Positions 6,751-7,366 of a stretch of 7,366 bases of DNA are shown piece after piece. The notes below the pieces were generated by a model. The model was not told where the DNA came from, made no database searches, and worked only from the letters and a program-made list of their open reading frames with translations. The position numbers and the translations under genes were made by a program. Source of the DNA: a virus (taxonomy: Duplodnaviria; Heunggongvirae; Uroviricota; Caudoviricetes); the IMG/VR virus record IMGVR_UViG_2531839665_000009, one strand, 5' to 3'. Numbering within the stretch: the stretch's first letter is position 1; every line of letters starts with the position of its first letter.

Positions 6751-7366
6751 CGCGCATCTCACACCCGCGCATGCACTTGCTGCATCTGTCCTTACGGATA
6801 TCGGTGGTGGGTTTATCGAACTCATCCGCCACAGCCCCGCCCGTGTAACCACACTCATCAGAGCGGTAGGTCCACATACAGGTATTCGCCAGCATAATGC
6901 GACCGGGAAACAGCGCCCCGTCCGTCTCCGTCGGTGTCGCCAGCACAAACGAGGCTGTCATGGCCGTCAGCTCTGACATCTGCTCCACCACCCAGCGGTC
7001 GCTCAGCTCCTGCTCCGGGTCCGCTTCCGGATTGCCCGCCACAAAATTCACCGCATCCAGAAAACGGGCATACACCCGGCGGCGGACCACCGTGGCCCCC
7101 ACCAGGCTCTGCAGGTCCTCCGCCATCCCGGTGACCAGACCAAACAGATTGGACACCGTCAGCGACGGGCGGGCACTGCTGCCCTTCCCGTTCATCTCAA
7201 AACCGCTGCCGTCAATCGGGTATACCTGATATTGCCGCCCCTGCCAGGTGACCGCCTCCCCTTTTTCATTCAGCTCATTGCAGAAAAAATAGCGCTCACC
7301 GCCCTGCACCGTCAGGTCAATTTCCCAGAGCACCACCCGCGGTGACTGCTCTGATTTAACCGACTC
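6737..7366 (-). CDS. L: Tail tip protein L, 5'-partial (N-terminus lies beyond the window end), with an apparent frameshift near the 3' end
   Basis: Translation VVLWEIDLT.QGGERYFFCNE.NEKGE.VTWQGRQYQ.YPI.GSGFE.NGKG...VGATVVRRRVYARFLDAVNFV.GN..ADPEQE...FPGRIMLANTC.WTYR.DECGY...CSKC matches lambda gpL as I recall it. The frame stays open through nt 7366 (ESVKSEQSPR upstream of the track's GTG at 7336). Confidence 0.9.
   Translation of the reverse strand, partial: ESVKSEQSPRVVLWEIDLTVQGGERYFFCNELNEKGEAVTWQGRQYQVYPIDGSGFEMNGKGSSARPSLTVSNLFGLVTGMAEDLQSLVGATVVRRRVYARFLDAVNFVAGNPEADPEQELSDRWVVEQMSELTAMTASFVLATPTETDGALFPGRIMLANTCMWTYRSDECGYTGGAVADEFDKPTTDIRKDRCSKCMRGCEMRGSGG

Noticed and set aside
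6712-7229. Plus-strand ORFs 6712..6897, 6716..6976, 6897..7229, 6934..7134
   Set aside because: Antisense to L; proline/arginine-rich low-complexity translations typical of reverse-strand reading of GC-rich coding DNA.
1-7366. Search for CRISPR arrays, tRNA/rRNA genes, insertion sequences, integrase or defence-system genes
   Set aside because: No direct-repeat/spacer periodicity, no tRNA-like cloverleaf candidates noticed, and no ORF with recombinase, nuclease, ATPase or toxin-like motifs. The whole coding capacity is accounted for by L, K, I, J, lom and stf.

Overview
This window is the tail-tip / host-specificity module of a lambda-like (lambdoid) phage or prophage, with every gene on the minus strand. 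Reading the minus strand 5'->3' (window coordinates high to low) the order is L (5' end off the window) - K - I - J - lom - stf (3' end off the window), which matches the phage lambda map; K and I overlap by 103 nt. Gene calls rest on my recollection of lambda protein sequences compared with the supplied ORF translations; no database search was run. GC-rich hairpins followed by T-runs sit after J and after lom on the minus strand. I see no CRISPR array, tRNA, rRNA, transposase/integrase or recognisable defence system. All plus-strand ORFs in the track look like antisense shadows of the GC-rich minus-strand genes. The points worth a second look are: (1) an apparent 1-nt frameshift in a C4/G4 run inside a collagen-like Gly-X-Y repeat of stf; (2) an apparent frameshift near the 3' end of L; (3) a 245-bp I-J spacer carrying two opposed hairpins, one a plus-strand terminator-like element; (4) a diverged J C-terminal domain; (5) the lom moron. 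I do not find a convincing novel system here.
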